Virus record (IMG/VR): IMGVR_UViG_3300048050_000067
Location: 1 to 38,554 of that record
DNA length: 38,554 bases
Strand: one strand, 5' to 3'
From: a virus
Shown here: one piece after another, positions 1-7,877 of the stretch
How the letters are laid out: each line of letters opens with the position of its first letter
Numbering within the stretch: the stretch's first letter is position 1
Position numbers and translations under genes: made by a program
Notes under the pieces: generated by a model
Seen by the model: the letters and a program-made list of their open reading frames with translations, nothing else
Databases searched by the model: none
Told to the model about the DNA's origin: nothing

Positions 1-127
1 AACAAGATAAGAAGAAACAAGATACGGAAGAGAATACTCCTTCGTCGTATTCCGTTAAACCTTGTTATACCAAGTTAGACCCCTTTTCAAGGGACCCCTA
101 TGTGGATTTCCTTTATGAGAAAGGATT
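1..127. repeat. Terminal direct repeat, copy 1 (identical to 38428-38554). It is an assembly overlap marking a circular or circularly permuted genome.
   Basis: I compared bases 1-127 (aacaagataagaag...gagaaaggatt) with 38428-38554 block by block and found them identical. The repeat lies inside an open reading frame. Confidence 0.95.
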
Positions 128-461
128 CCTGTCGGATTTCGACCATGAGGAAGCCGATCGCTATTCCGAGGTCATAGACAAACTGATCAAGGAGTTTGGG
201 GAGAGGAGTCTCCACATTTCGATCAAATATTTCGTTTCCACCTATTGCAAGCCAATCTTCGCCGAAAACCAAATAAAAGGCTTCGAGCTAAGAAAGCCCG
301 TGGAGAACAAGCTTGCCCTTTTCACCACGGCCATCACCGCCAATCTGAAGAACTTCGAAGACGGTTCTAGGAGGATCCCGGATGACGAAACCTTTAAAGA
401 AATGCTTTCCCTAGTGAGGGGGATCCATTTGAAGAAGACCGACAAAAAGGAGGCTTTATGA
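3..461 (+). CDS. Phage replisome organizer, C-terminal part. The gene starts at 37935 and wraps across the circular junction.
   Basis: The frame is open from position 3. Once the 127-bp overlap is collapsed, it is continuous with the ORF that starts at ATG 37935 and runs off the window end (combined 954 nt, 317 aa). The ATG at 102 in the ORF track is internal. Confidence 0.7.
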   Translation, partial: QDKKKQDTEENTPSSYSVKPCYTKLDPFSRDPYVDFLYEKGFLSDFDHEEADRYSEVIDKLIKEFGERSLHISIKYFVSTYCKPIFAENQIKGFELRKPVENKLALFTTAITANLKNFEDGSRRIPDDETFKEMLSLVRGIHLKKTDKKEAL

Positions 462-1033
462 GCAAACAGAGCGCTTCGGAACGTTTTGAGCAGTGGGTCA
501 ACCACCCCACCAAGAAAAAGGCGAAGCAAAGGCTGATGGACCCCCTAGATTGGGCGGTCTACCGCGTCATTGAGAAAACAACGCTAGAGCGGCATCGCCC
601 CGCGACTCTCCGAGAAATCGTGGATGCCATCGATCTCGATCTCACGCTCCCGGAAGATCTCAAGTTCGTTTGGAACGAGAAGGACCGCAATCACTGCCGA
701 GCGGTTTGGACTGTCGTTAAGCACATCAACGATTCCGATGAGGTTGAAAAAATCGTGGTGATCGATGGCTTCACCTACTGCCTTGGCAACAAGGATCAGT
801 CCTATGGCTACATCGCGAAACTGGTCCGCGATGCCCGCAAGAAGCTTGCTAGGGCCTACCGCATGAAGAAGAAAGCCGACTCGAACGGCCGTGGGAAGCT
901 TCTCAGCTGCCAAGGCAAGGAGATCGATGCCTCAAGCGAGGCGGAACCGTTCGTTGAATCATTCGTCGATTTCGTCAAATCGGTTCCCGAGGATGACGGC
1001 GATGAGGAAAGCGAGGACGATCCCGATGAATAA
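458..1033 (+). CDS. Hypothetical early protein with an acidic C-terminal tail
   Basis: 191-aa ORF whose ATG overlaps the upstream stop (ATGA at 458-461). The C-terminus is strongly acidic (EDDGDEESEDDPDE). No family recognised. Confidence 0.7.
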   Translation: MSKQSASERFEQWVNHPTKKKAKQRLMDPLDWAVYRVIEKTTLERHRPATLREIVDAIDLDLTLPEDLKFVWNEKDRNHCRAVWTVVKHINDSDEVEKIVVIDGFTYCLGNKDQSYGYIAKLVRDARKKLARAYRMKKKADSNGRGKLLSCQGKEIDASSEAEPFVESFVDFVKSVPEDDGDEESEDDPDE

Positions 1034-1403
1034 GCATCCCTTCACGAAAGCCGCCAAGAAAACCGCTAAGAACCGAGCCGAAATCAACAAAATGCTCCTC
1101 CATTACGAGGAACTTGACGGATTCGATCTCGACGTCGAGCTGAAAGCAAGCGACATTTCGAATTTCCTCATCGAAAGGCAGTTCAAGCGAAGCTCCGAGA
1201 GCCTGAAAAAGGGCAGCGACTTCGCCTTCCGGATCATCGGTTCTGCGTTCGAGGACTGTATCAAAGAACTTGATCAGCGGTTCGACATCACGGTTTTCCT
1301 TGGTTGGTACGAAATCGTCCAAGACAGTGAGGATTTCTACAATTTCGAAAAAGACAGGCACCGCAAAGAAGCGGTGGCCCAAAGCGAGATTCTAAGAAGG
1401 TAG
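1026..1403 (+). CDS. Hypothetical early protein
   Basis: ATG 1026 overlaps the upstream stop (ATGAATAA). The ORF-track start at 891 lies inside the previous gene and reads an Arg-rich stretch that looks out of frame. Confidence 0.6.
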   Translation: MNKHPFTKAAKKTAKNRAEINKMLLHYEELDGFDLDVELKASDISNFLIERQFKRSSESLKKGSDFAFRIIGSAFEDCIKELDQRFDITVFLGWYEIVQDSEDFYNFEKDRHRKEAVAQSEILRR

Positions 1404-1414
1404 GAGGCGAACAA

Positions 1415-2086
1415 ATGACCGAAAAAGAGAAGATGCTGGCTAAAAGACTCAACGACGAGGTCAGCGATGCCCTTAGCGACCCAATGACAAAGCGGGTGGC
1501 CTCCTTTCTCGTCGGCCAGTTGAAAGAGCCTTCTTGCCCCAAGATCATCACCGCCATAAAAGACAATCCTTTATTGTCATCGAAAGAGATTGGGGAAAAG
1601 GTAATTGAAATAGCCAAAAATTCAGGATCAAAGACCATGAGCACAACCCAATTTATCGAGTGGGTCTCTCAGGCGATCTACGCCATATCTTCGGAAAACA
1701 AGAAGCCTATTCCATTTGAAAATCTTGCGACCTTCGCTTCCGTTTTGAAGCTTTTTGATGAATACCAAGGAGTCAAGACGATTAAAGACAATCAGATCTC
1801 CATCAGTTGCGAGAATAGGCTTTCAAAGTCCGAGAACATCGTGAATGAGGAAACCGGGATTTTGAGATTGATGACCGTCGAAATCAAGGTTCCCGTCACT
1901 TTATCCTGCGATTTCAAAAAGACACCGATCTTCGTCAGATACGATTGCAAAACGTCCGGTGGATCCTTCAGCACGATGAAGCTAAGCGATATCAAAGCGG
2001 TTTTGCAAGCGAACGGATTCCTCAAAAAACCGAAGGAGTGGATCCAAACCAGCATTTTTGATCTGACGGGAGGCATATCCCAATGA
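1415..2086 (+). CDS. Hypothetical early protein
   Basis: 223-aa ORF with AGGAGG at 1402-1407, 7 nt upstream of the ATG. The stop overlaps the next start. No family recognised. Confidence 0.7.
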   Translation: MTEKEKMLAKRLNDEVSDALSDPMTKRVASFLVGQLKEPSCPKIITAIKDNPLLSSKEIGEKVIEIAKNSGSKTMSTTQFIEWVSQAIYAISSENKKPIPFENLATFASVLKLFDEYQGVKTIKDNQISISCENRLSKSENIVNEETGILRLMTVEIKVPVTLSCDFKKTPIFVRYDCKTSGGSFSTMKLSDIKAVLQANGFLKKPKEWIQTSIFDLTGGISQ

Positions 2087-2454
2087 GCGGAAATGAATGG
2101 AAGGACATTTCGTGGAATCCGAATTACCAAGTATCCCGGAGTGGACACATCCGAAACAAAGCAACAAAGAGGATCCTAGCGGAAAACGTCAACGGATCGA
2201 GCTCTCGTTACCTTCGCGTAACGATCGGGAAGAAGCATTACATCATTCATCGAATCGTGGCCGATCAGTTCATCCCGAATCCCCAAGGATTCGATGAAGT
2301 CGATCACATCAATCGCGACAAGACCGACAACAGCGTTTCCAATCTTCGATGGATCGATCATCGTTCGAACATTCTCTCTTTCTACATTTGCATTCAAATG
2401 GGGATCGTGGGGAAGACGCCGCGCCGGAGAAACAGGAAAGAGCAAAGGAGCTAA
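2083..2454 (+). CDS. HNH homing endonuclease (NUMOD4-like N-terminus plus HNH_3-type core)
   Basis: WKDISWNPNYQVSRSGHIRN is followed by HRIVADQFIPNP...VDHINRDKTDNSVSNLRW..HRSN. This is the usual signature of phage NUMOD4/HNH homing endonucleases. Confidence 0.75.
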   Translation: MSGNEWKDISWNPNYQVSRSGHIRNKATKRILAENVNGSSSRYLRVTIGKKHYIIHRIVADQFIPNPQGFDEVDHINRDKTDNSVSNLRWIDHRSNILSFYICIQMGIVGKTPRRRNRKEQRS

Positions 2455-2456
2455 AA

Positions 2457-2627
2457 ATGTCAGAACCTAAAACGATCAGCAAAAGAGGACTTATGCATTA
2501 CTGTCCGTGCTGCGGGGCGGCGATTGGTATCAATCGATACCCCGGAAAAATGGATCAATGCCCGATATGCCATGAAAAAATTAAATACTCTTCCGACGAT
2601 GAAACGCCGATTGGCGAAGAAGACTGA
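2457..2627 (+). CDS. Small zinc-ribbon protein
   Basis: 56 aa. AAGGAG at 2445-2450 precedes ATG 2457. Two Cys pairs are present (CPCC ... CPIC). The longer ORF-track version (2349) overlaps the HNH gene. Confidence 0.6.
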   Translation: MSEPKTISKRGLMHYCPCCGAAIGINRYPGKMDQCPICHEKIKYSSDDETPIGEED

Positions 2628-2640
2628 AAGGAACAAAAAA

Positions 2641-3165
2641 ATGGAAAACATCAGCGAAGAATTATCCGGCATGCAACTTCTTTCTAAGGAACTTGAAACA
2701 GCAAGAGGCAATGAGAAAGCCATTGGCGATTTGATCATCAAAGAATTCTCCGACGTTTCCAACGGACTTGATAAAGCTTGGAAAGAACGCGGATTAAACT
2801 TAACGAAACTTTGGGAGATGATCATGGCCGAAGCCAGGACTAATCTGAAAAGCAAAAGCGGAGCTGTTGATGACCAAACGGTTCTCGGATGGGCAAACCA
2901 CCTTATCATTGATGGAAAGATACCTGACAACAGGAAAAATCCACTCATTAATGAAGGCAAGAATTCCGAATCGGAAGGTCAAGACGATGATGGCGAAAAA
3001 TCCGATGTTTCAAAATATGTCCATTCGAAGTCGAAAAAAAGGAATAATGCTTCCGCTGAAGAAGCTAAGAAGGAATCTAAATCCGAGTCTCCTTTTATCC
3101 AGTTGAGCCTTTTCGATCTTAATTACGGAAAAACCGAAAACGCCCCGAAGGTAACGTCAAAATGA
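2641..3165 (+). CDS. PcfK-like protein
   Basis: LNLTKLWEMIMAEAR...AVDDQTVLGWANHLIIDG resembles the PcfK-like core, and the gene sits directly upstream of a PcfJ-like gene, the usual pairing. The start is ambiguous (2572 or 2641). Confidence 0.55.
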   Translation: MENISEELSGMQLLSKELETARGNEKAIGDLIIKEFSDVSNGLDKAWKERGLNLTKLWEMIMAEARTNLKSKSGAVDDQTVLGWANHLIIDGKIPDNRKNPLINEGKNSESEGQDDDGEKSDVSKYVHSKSKKRNNASAEEAKKESKSESPFIQLSLFDLNYGKTENAPKVTSK

Positions 3166-4490
3166 AATCCTCCGAGGAAAAGAAGGCAATTTCATTCATA
3201 GACCTTCCAAAAATAAGCTTTGTTAAATGCCGTGATGCATGTTTTCCGAAAGGGATCATCCTTTTTCGAAAACTAAAATCCGGGAAAAAACATTACCGTT
3301 GCACTAATTGCGGTTCAGACATTGAGATAGACCACAAATGCTGGAAAACGGCCATTTGCCCGATCTGCAAAAAGAAGTCGGATATTGAAATTGACTATAC
3401 CAAAAAGTGGGATTTTAGTAGCTATGACAATTGCCTGTTCATAGAAGCTCATGAGGGATATCAATTCGTCCGATACTTCAACATCGGAAGAAGATCGTTT
3501 GGGAGGGGATCAATGCGTTATTTCGGTTCCGAAATCATGCGCTACATTTTCGCGCCAGACGGGAGTATTTATTTTATGCGGAAGAACACGATAAGCGACT
3601 ACCGAAATGGATGGTCCTTCAATTATTCGACCCCTTTGACTTTCAGGGGGGCCGACTACGACAAATTCCAATTCGATTCGCATATCATCGGGAAACCAAC
3701 GCTTACCCCTATTTTTAAATACTTGAAGTTGTCTTCGAAAATCAGCGGATTTCTAATCGATTGGATGGTTGAGATGATGACTCCGCAGGATGGGAACAAA
3801 ACAATTTTAGAGACCCTTGCCGAAAGCAAACAATGGGATGCGATACCTCTATTTTTGGTGAGACGTTCTCCTGAAGACTACAAGAAACAAATCTTTTTAG
3901 CAATCAGAAGCAAATGGAAAATCACCGAGGAGTGGCTTGATGAGATAGACGATATTAGGGCTCTCCATCTAGATGACAAAAGCCCAAAATATCTCTTTCC
4001 TGCGAATTTAGCTACAGCCCATAAAAACCACGAAAGAAAAATCCATCGAATCAGGGACGAAAAATTTGAAAGAAAAATGCTCACCGATGCTTTGAAATTC
4101 GAAAAAAAATATGAAAGCGATCACAAAGGGCTTCTTGGACATTCGATTATTAGGGCTCCTTTCGAGATAATACCCCTTCGAACAATCAAAGATTTTTTCA
4201 ATGAAGGGATTGCCATGTCTCACTGCGTTTTTAGGAACGAGTATTACAAAAATAAAGATTCCCTTGTATTGTCTGTAAGAAATTCGAAGTCTCACGAGCG
4301 GATTGAAACGGTTGAGATCTCAATTCGGGGAAGATATATCATTCAACATTTTGGATATGCCGATTCCACAAAAGGGGAATTTCATACAAAAATAGCCGAA
4401 GTAGTTTCAGCGGCAATTCCTGAAATATTGTCTGGGATTAGTTCCTACCAATCCTATGACAACAAATCAAGTTCGGAGGCTAGTTTATGA
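3162..4490 (+). CDS. PcfJ-like protein
   Basis: 442 aa. The N-terminus has zinc-ribbon Cys pairs (CTNCGS...CPICKK). The C-terminal FFNEGIAMSHCV...LVLSVRN...ETVEISI...IIQHFGYADS matches the PcfJ-like signature as I remember it. Confidence 0.6.
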   Translation: MKSSEEKKAISFIDLPKISFVKCRDACFPKGIILFRKLKSGKKHYRCTNCGSDIEIDHKCWKTAICPICKKKSDIEIDYTKKWDFSSYDNCLFIEAHEGYQFVRYFNIGRRSFGRGSMRYFGSEIMRYIFAPDGSIYFMRKNTISDYRNGWSFNYSTPLTFRGADYDKFQFDSHIIGKPTLTPIFKYLKLSSKISGFLIDWMVEMMTPQDGNKTILETLAESKQWDAIPLFLVRRSPEDYKKQIFLAIRSKWKITEEWLDEIDDIRALHLDDKSPKYLFPANLATAHKNHERKIHRIRDEKFERKMLTDALKFEKKYESDHKGLLGHSIIRAPFEIIPLRTIKDFFNEGIAMSHCVFRNEYYKNKDSLVLSVRNSKSHERIETVEISIRGRYIIQHFGYADSTKGEFHTKIAEVVSAAIPEILSGISSYQSYDNKSSSEASL

Positions 4491-5416
4491 TCGATGAAAT
4501 CATTCTTGGCGATGCCTTCAAACTTATCAAGGAAGTCCCATCGGGATGTATCGATCTTATTTTGACATCGCCACCGTATGGCATCGGCAAAAGCTACGAG
4601 AGGAGATCTGTGACAATAGATGATTACATCAAAACGATGAAGCCGATCTGCGAGGAATGCGTGAGAGTTATTCGCAAGGGGGGGGCTCTCATATGGCAGG
4701 TTGGAAACCGAATCGAGGGAGCATCTCACGCAAGAGGAGCCAGCGCTTCGAAGGAAAAGCCGGCCCCCGAGACCATACCGCTTGAGATGCTCTACTACCC
4801 AATCTTCAAATCCCTCGGGCTTCAGTTGAGGAACCAGATTGTGTGGACGTCAAGCAATACGATCCCATTTCGAGATCAGAAGATGCTTCAGGGAAGGCAT
4901 GAGATCGTCCTATATTTCACGAAAGGTGACAATTACACATTCAATCTCGACGAAATCCGAATTCCGCAAAAATATCCCGATAAAAAATACCCGTGTTGGG
5001 GAAGGAGAAAAGGAGAGTTTAGGCTACCCAATCCCAAAGGAACCAATCCCGGGGATGTGTTCCGAAAGGATGACGAACCATCATCGGACGCCTGGGAAAT
5101 AACCTTATCGACGAATTCAAGCGAAAGGTGGGATCATCCTGCGGAATTCCCTGAGAAGCTTGTGGAACGTTTGATAAAGATGTCAACGGGGGAAGGCAAT
5201 ATCGTTCTTGATCCCTTCGCCGGCGTGGGAACGACACCCAAGGTCGCCAAAGACTTAGGAAGGCATTACTTAGCCTTCGAGAAGGAGCCTCATTACTACA
5301 ACCAAGCCATATTACGACTAGCCGGAATCGATCAAAAAGGCCAAATGTCTCTCGACACCGATTTCGAAAAAATTAAAAAGAAACTCGTCTACAGCCCAAA
5401 AGGAGAACTGTTATGA
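4487..5416 (+). CDS. DNA methyltransferase, N6_N4 type (beta class). The SPPY motif suggests N4-cytosine specificity, but N6-adenine is not excluded.
   Basis: Motif IV is DLILTSPPYG near the N-terminus. Motif I (AdoMet binding) is VLDPFAGVGTT near the C-terminus. No adjacent restriction endonuclease is recognisable. Confidence 0.85.
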   Translation: MIDEIILGDAFKLIKEVPSGCIDLILTSPPYGIGKSYERRSVTIDDYIKTMKPICEECVRVIRKGGALIWQVGNRIEGASHARGASASKEKPAPETIPLEMLYYPIFKSLGLQLRNQIVWTSSNTIPFRDQKMLQGRHEIVLYFTKGDNYTFNLDEIRIPQKYPDKKYPCWGRRKGEFRLPNPKGTNPGDVFRKDDEPSSDAWEITLSTNSSERWDHPAEFPEKLVERLIKMSTGEGNIVLDPFAGVGTTPKVAKDLGRHYLAFEKEPHYYNQAILRLAGIDQKGQMSLDTDFEKIKKKLVYSPKGELL

Positions 5417-5910
5417 AAAACATCGAAAAAATAAAAATGGCGATCGGGATAAAGATCCTTATCGAAGGAGAAGACGGTTTCAAAGCGACTTACACCGATC
5501 CGATTACAAGAAAGCAATGGTACATCATCGCTTCTTGGGGCATGGGATGGGACCATGTTTCGATTTCGAGCCCCAGCAAGACGCCGGATTGGGACCTCAT
5601 GTGTCATATCAAAGAGATCTTCTTTAAGCCCGAGGAGTGGGCTGTGGAGTATCACCCTGCGGAATCCGATTATGTCAATAACCATGAGCATTGCCTTCAT
5701 ATATGGCATCCGCTTGATGAGACGATTCCTACCCCGCCATCGATCTTGATTGGGATCAAGGGAATGTCATCAGAGGAAACGGCAGAAGGAGTGAAATCAC
5801 TCGTCGGATCCATGAGCGTTGAAAAACAACTCGAAGTGGCTAAGGAAAAATATGGATTCGTCCCCAACCGCAATGAAAGGAGGGCAATGGATGACGGAAA
5901 GCAAAAATGA
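5413..5910 (+). CDS. Conserved phage protein of unknown function
   Basis: 165 aa with an ATGA overlap to the methyltransferase gene. Motifs are WGMGWDHVSIS..PDWDLMCHIKEIFF..EEWAVEYHP..SDYVN..CLHIWHP. Confidence 0.7.
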   Translation: MKNIEKIKMAIGIKILIEGEDGFKATYTDPITRKQWYIIASWGMGWDHVSISSPSKTPDWDLMCHIKEIFFKPEEWAVEYHPAESDYVNNHEHCLHIWHPLDETIPTPPSILIGIKGMSSEETAEGVKSLVGSMSVEKQLEVAKEKYGFVPNRNERRAMDDGKQK

Positions 5911-6037
5911 GGAGAGGCTTCTCCGGGAATTGATCTTCTTCGCCCTAGATTATCGTGACGAAGGCCACCCATTCCCTAAAGAGCTTAGCGATTATGCAAG
6001 AAAGGAAATTAACGAACTCAACAAAGAGCTCCAATAG
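5891..6037 (+). CDS. Small hypothetical protein
   Basis: 48 aa from ATG 5891, overlapping the upstream gene by 20 nt. The ORF-track start at 5819 lies deep inside the previous gene. Confidence 0.45.
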   Translation: MTESKNEERLLRELIFFALDYRDEGHPFPKELSDYARKEINELNKELQ

Positions 6038-6045
6038 GACAAAAA

Positions 6046-6705
6046 ATGAAAATTAAAATCAATTACCAGACCATCAAGAAAATTCTTCTGATCATGAGCG
6101 AAACGACGCTCAAAAAAATGACGAGGCCGATTCTAACCTCCATCAACATCAAAGCCAAAAAGGAAGAAGCATCAGGGAAGGTTACTTTCCTTTCAACGGA
6201 TTCTTCCATACTTTCCAGTATTTCAATCGATTCCGAGGTGATTGAGGAGGGAACGATCAATCTCTCCTGCCTCAGTTTCCATAAGGCCTTCTCTTTCATC
6301 GAAACTATTTCGAAAATGCCTTATTCCGAAATCAAGCTGCCCATTGAAACCGTTATCCTCGAAACGGCGGTTTCCGGAAATTTCGTGATGCTGGAGATCA
6401 ACGGTGTCGGCTTTCCGATCGGTGACAACATTTCCGGAGATTTTCCCATCAACAACGATCCCAAAACTGGGATGCTTGCCGAGTCCGTCACCAAGCCCGA
6501 AAGCCGCTACAAGATTGTCTTGAACAATAACATCCTTAACCAGTTGGCAAGGCTTGCCTCAAGGAATTCGGGCTCATTAAGCGTCGTCACACTCATGATC
6601 GACACATATGCTGGTTTGAAGCCTGTTTATTTCACCATCGATTCGATTAACGGCGAAACCGATATCAAAGGAATCGCCTGCCAAGCAAGGACTGTTCGAG
6701 GGTAA
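6046..6705 (+). CDS. Short DNA polymerase III beta (sliding clamp)-like protein
   Basis: RPILTSINIKA...VTFLSTDSSILSSISIDSEVIEEGTINL parallels DnaN domain 1 (PILTGIKI..VSFTGSDSDISIE). The C-terminal LKPVYFTI...IKGIACQAR resembles the end of DnaN. At 219 aa it is about two clamp domains rather than three. Confidence 0.5.
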   Translation: MKIKINYQTIKKILLIMSETTLKKMTRPILTSINIKAKKEEASGKVTFLSTDSSILSSISIDSEVIEEGTINLSCLSFHKAFSFIETISKMPYSEIKLPIETVILETAVSGNFVMLEINGVGFPIGDNISGDFPINNDPKTGMLAESVTKPESRYKIVLNNNILNQLARLASRNSGSLSVVTLMIDTYAGLKPVYFTIDSINGETDIKGIACQARTVRG

Positions 6706-6708
6706 ACC

Positions 6709-6831
6709 ATGTCAATAGAATCCTTAGCAATCATGTCTATTACGTTAGCGGTCGTCGTTCTTTATGAGATGGGATATATCATCTTGGTTTTGCTATCTTA
6801 CGAAGAAGACCAAAGAAAGGATTCAAAATGA
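6709..6831 (+). CDS. Small membrane protein (40 aa, below the ORF-track cutoff)
   Basis: ATG 6709 has GAGGG 7 nt upstream. The hydrophobic core is LAIMSITLAVVVLYEMGYIILVLL. The stop overlaps the next ATG (ATGA at 6828-6831). Confidence 0.45.
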   Translation: MSIESLAIMSITLAVVVLYEMGYIILVLLSYEEDQRKDSK

Positions 6832-7049
6832 TCTTTATAGGCGTGATTTTAATGATTTTAGCCATCATCGGCTTCGTTGTTGCCGATGTCCGCCAATATT
6901 TCGTTCAGATCCTTTCTAATGGGAATTTCATTATTTTCCGGATTGTTCCGGATTGGTCAATTTGGCTGATCGGATTTTGCATCTTCGTTTTCATCGTCGG
7001 ATTCCTTTGCCTTTTTTTGGACACAAAAAATGAGCATCACGGTAAATGA
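6828..7049 (+). CDS. Small membrane protein
   Basis: 73 aa with two clear hydrophobic segments (IFIGVILMILAIIGFVV and WSIWLIGFCIFVFIVGFLCLF). Confidence 0.6.
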   Translation: MIFIGVILMILAIIGFVVADVRQYFVQILSNGNFIIFRIVPDWSIWLIGFCIFVFIVGFLCLFLDTKNEHHGK

Positions 7050-7245
7050 GTATCTAAAGCAAAAAAGAAATCCTAAAGGTTTCTTCCTGAAGATACAAAA
7101 AGGCAGCACGGTTTACTTCCAAGCTTCGGACAAACCTAAAACTAATGAACCTTGGTTCACGAATTGCCGCGTCCTAGCGCCACATAGCGCCATCAGTCGA
7201 TTGTCCGTTCGAACTTCCCGAAGAAATCCTCGAATGCGAGATTGA
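7030..7245 (+). CDS. Hypothetical protein with a suspect 3' end
   Basis: 71-aa ORF. The last ~25 codons read an Arg/Ser-rich tail, while another frame is open up to an ATGA junction with the next gene (see findings). Confidence 0.4.
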   Translation: MSITVNEYLKQKRNPKGFFLKIQKGSTVYFQASDKPKTNEPWFTNCRVLAPHSAISRLSVRTSRRNPRMRD

Positions 7246-7308
7246 TAAATGCCTTGAAACCAAGGAAAAGCCGAAATACGTTCTTCTGATCCTGAAGGAG
7301 AAAAACAA

Positions 7309-7494
7309 ATGAAATTAGAACAATTCTCAGGCGAATATGGAATGACTTTTCAAATCAATCCGGAAGAAGTTTCTTCTATTCAATCAACAAACGATCAAAG
7401 GATGACGCTAATCAAAATGAAAAACGGTGATTATTTCAAAGTCTATGGCGATGTCGAAACAGTCAAAAGACAATTAACCAAGGGAGGCCAATAG
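7309..7494 (+). CDS. Hypothetical protein
   Basis: 61-aa ORF with GGAG 8-9 nt upstream. No family recognised. Confidence 0.55.
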   Translation: MKLEQFSGEYGMTFQINPEEVSSIQSTNDQRMTLIKMKNGDYFKVYGDVETVKRQLTKGGQ

Positions 7495-7497
7495 CTT

Positions 7498-7704
7498 ATG
7501 AAAGAATCCAAATCGAAGAAGATCCTAGAAACGTGGTGTTATTACAGCATCGTTTCAACGATCGATTCTAAGAAATGGGGCAACGGGAGCGATGAGGAAA
7601 GCAAAGAGATCAATAAAACCCTCAAGCGCCAACTTCGCCAGCTTTTCATCTCGAAGGCCAACCGGAAAGACGCCTCCTCCGAATCGGCGATGACCGAAAG
7701 ATGA
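7498..7704 (+). CDS. Hypothetical protein
   Basis: 68-aa ORF with GGAGG a few nt upstream. The stop overlaps the next start. Confidence 0.55.
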   Translation: MKESKSKKILETWCYYSIVSTIDSKKWGNGSDEESKEINKTLKRQLRQLFISKANRKDASSESAMTER

Positions 7705-7877
7705 TGAAGGCGTTATTCGTCTCGGGGGCCTTGAAATACGATGAGATTGGCGTTTGGGCGTGTGCGAAATGCGAAGGAACCGACATCGTCCTCAAATCGC
7801 AAGATCTCGAACTTTATGGGGCGTTTGTCAGATGGATCGACGCGAATCGCGAATCAATTAACAGGAGCGGAAAATGA
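7701..7877 (+). CDS. Small hypothetical protein (58 aa, below the ORF-track cutoff)
   Basis: There are ATGA overlaps at both ends (7701-7704 and 7874-7877). I translated 59 codons by hand without an internal stop. It contains a CAKC pair. Confidence 0.5.
   Translation: MMKALFVSGALKYDEIGVWACAKCEGTDIVLKSQDLELYGAFVRWIDANRESINRSGK

Noticed and set aside
2460-2960. A long antisense ORF (166 aa). Similar minus-strand ORFs lie opposite + strand genes, for example 584-913, 975-1382, 11379-11801, 22211-22690, 28761-29552 and 37806-38333.
   Set aside because: They lie fully inside well-supported + strand genes, lack ribosome binding sites, and have skewed low-complexity compositions typical of shadow ORFs.
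7196-7220. GTTCGAA, a T-loop-like heptamer suggesting a tRNA.
   Set aside because: The flanking bases do not form a T-stem, and no acceptor or anticodon arms can be drawn. I found no tRNA genes anywhere in the window.
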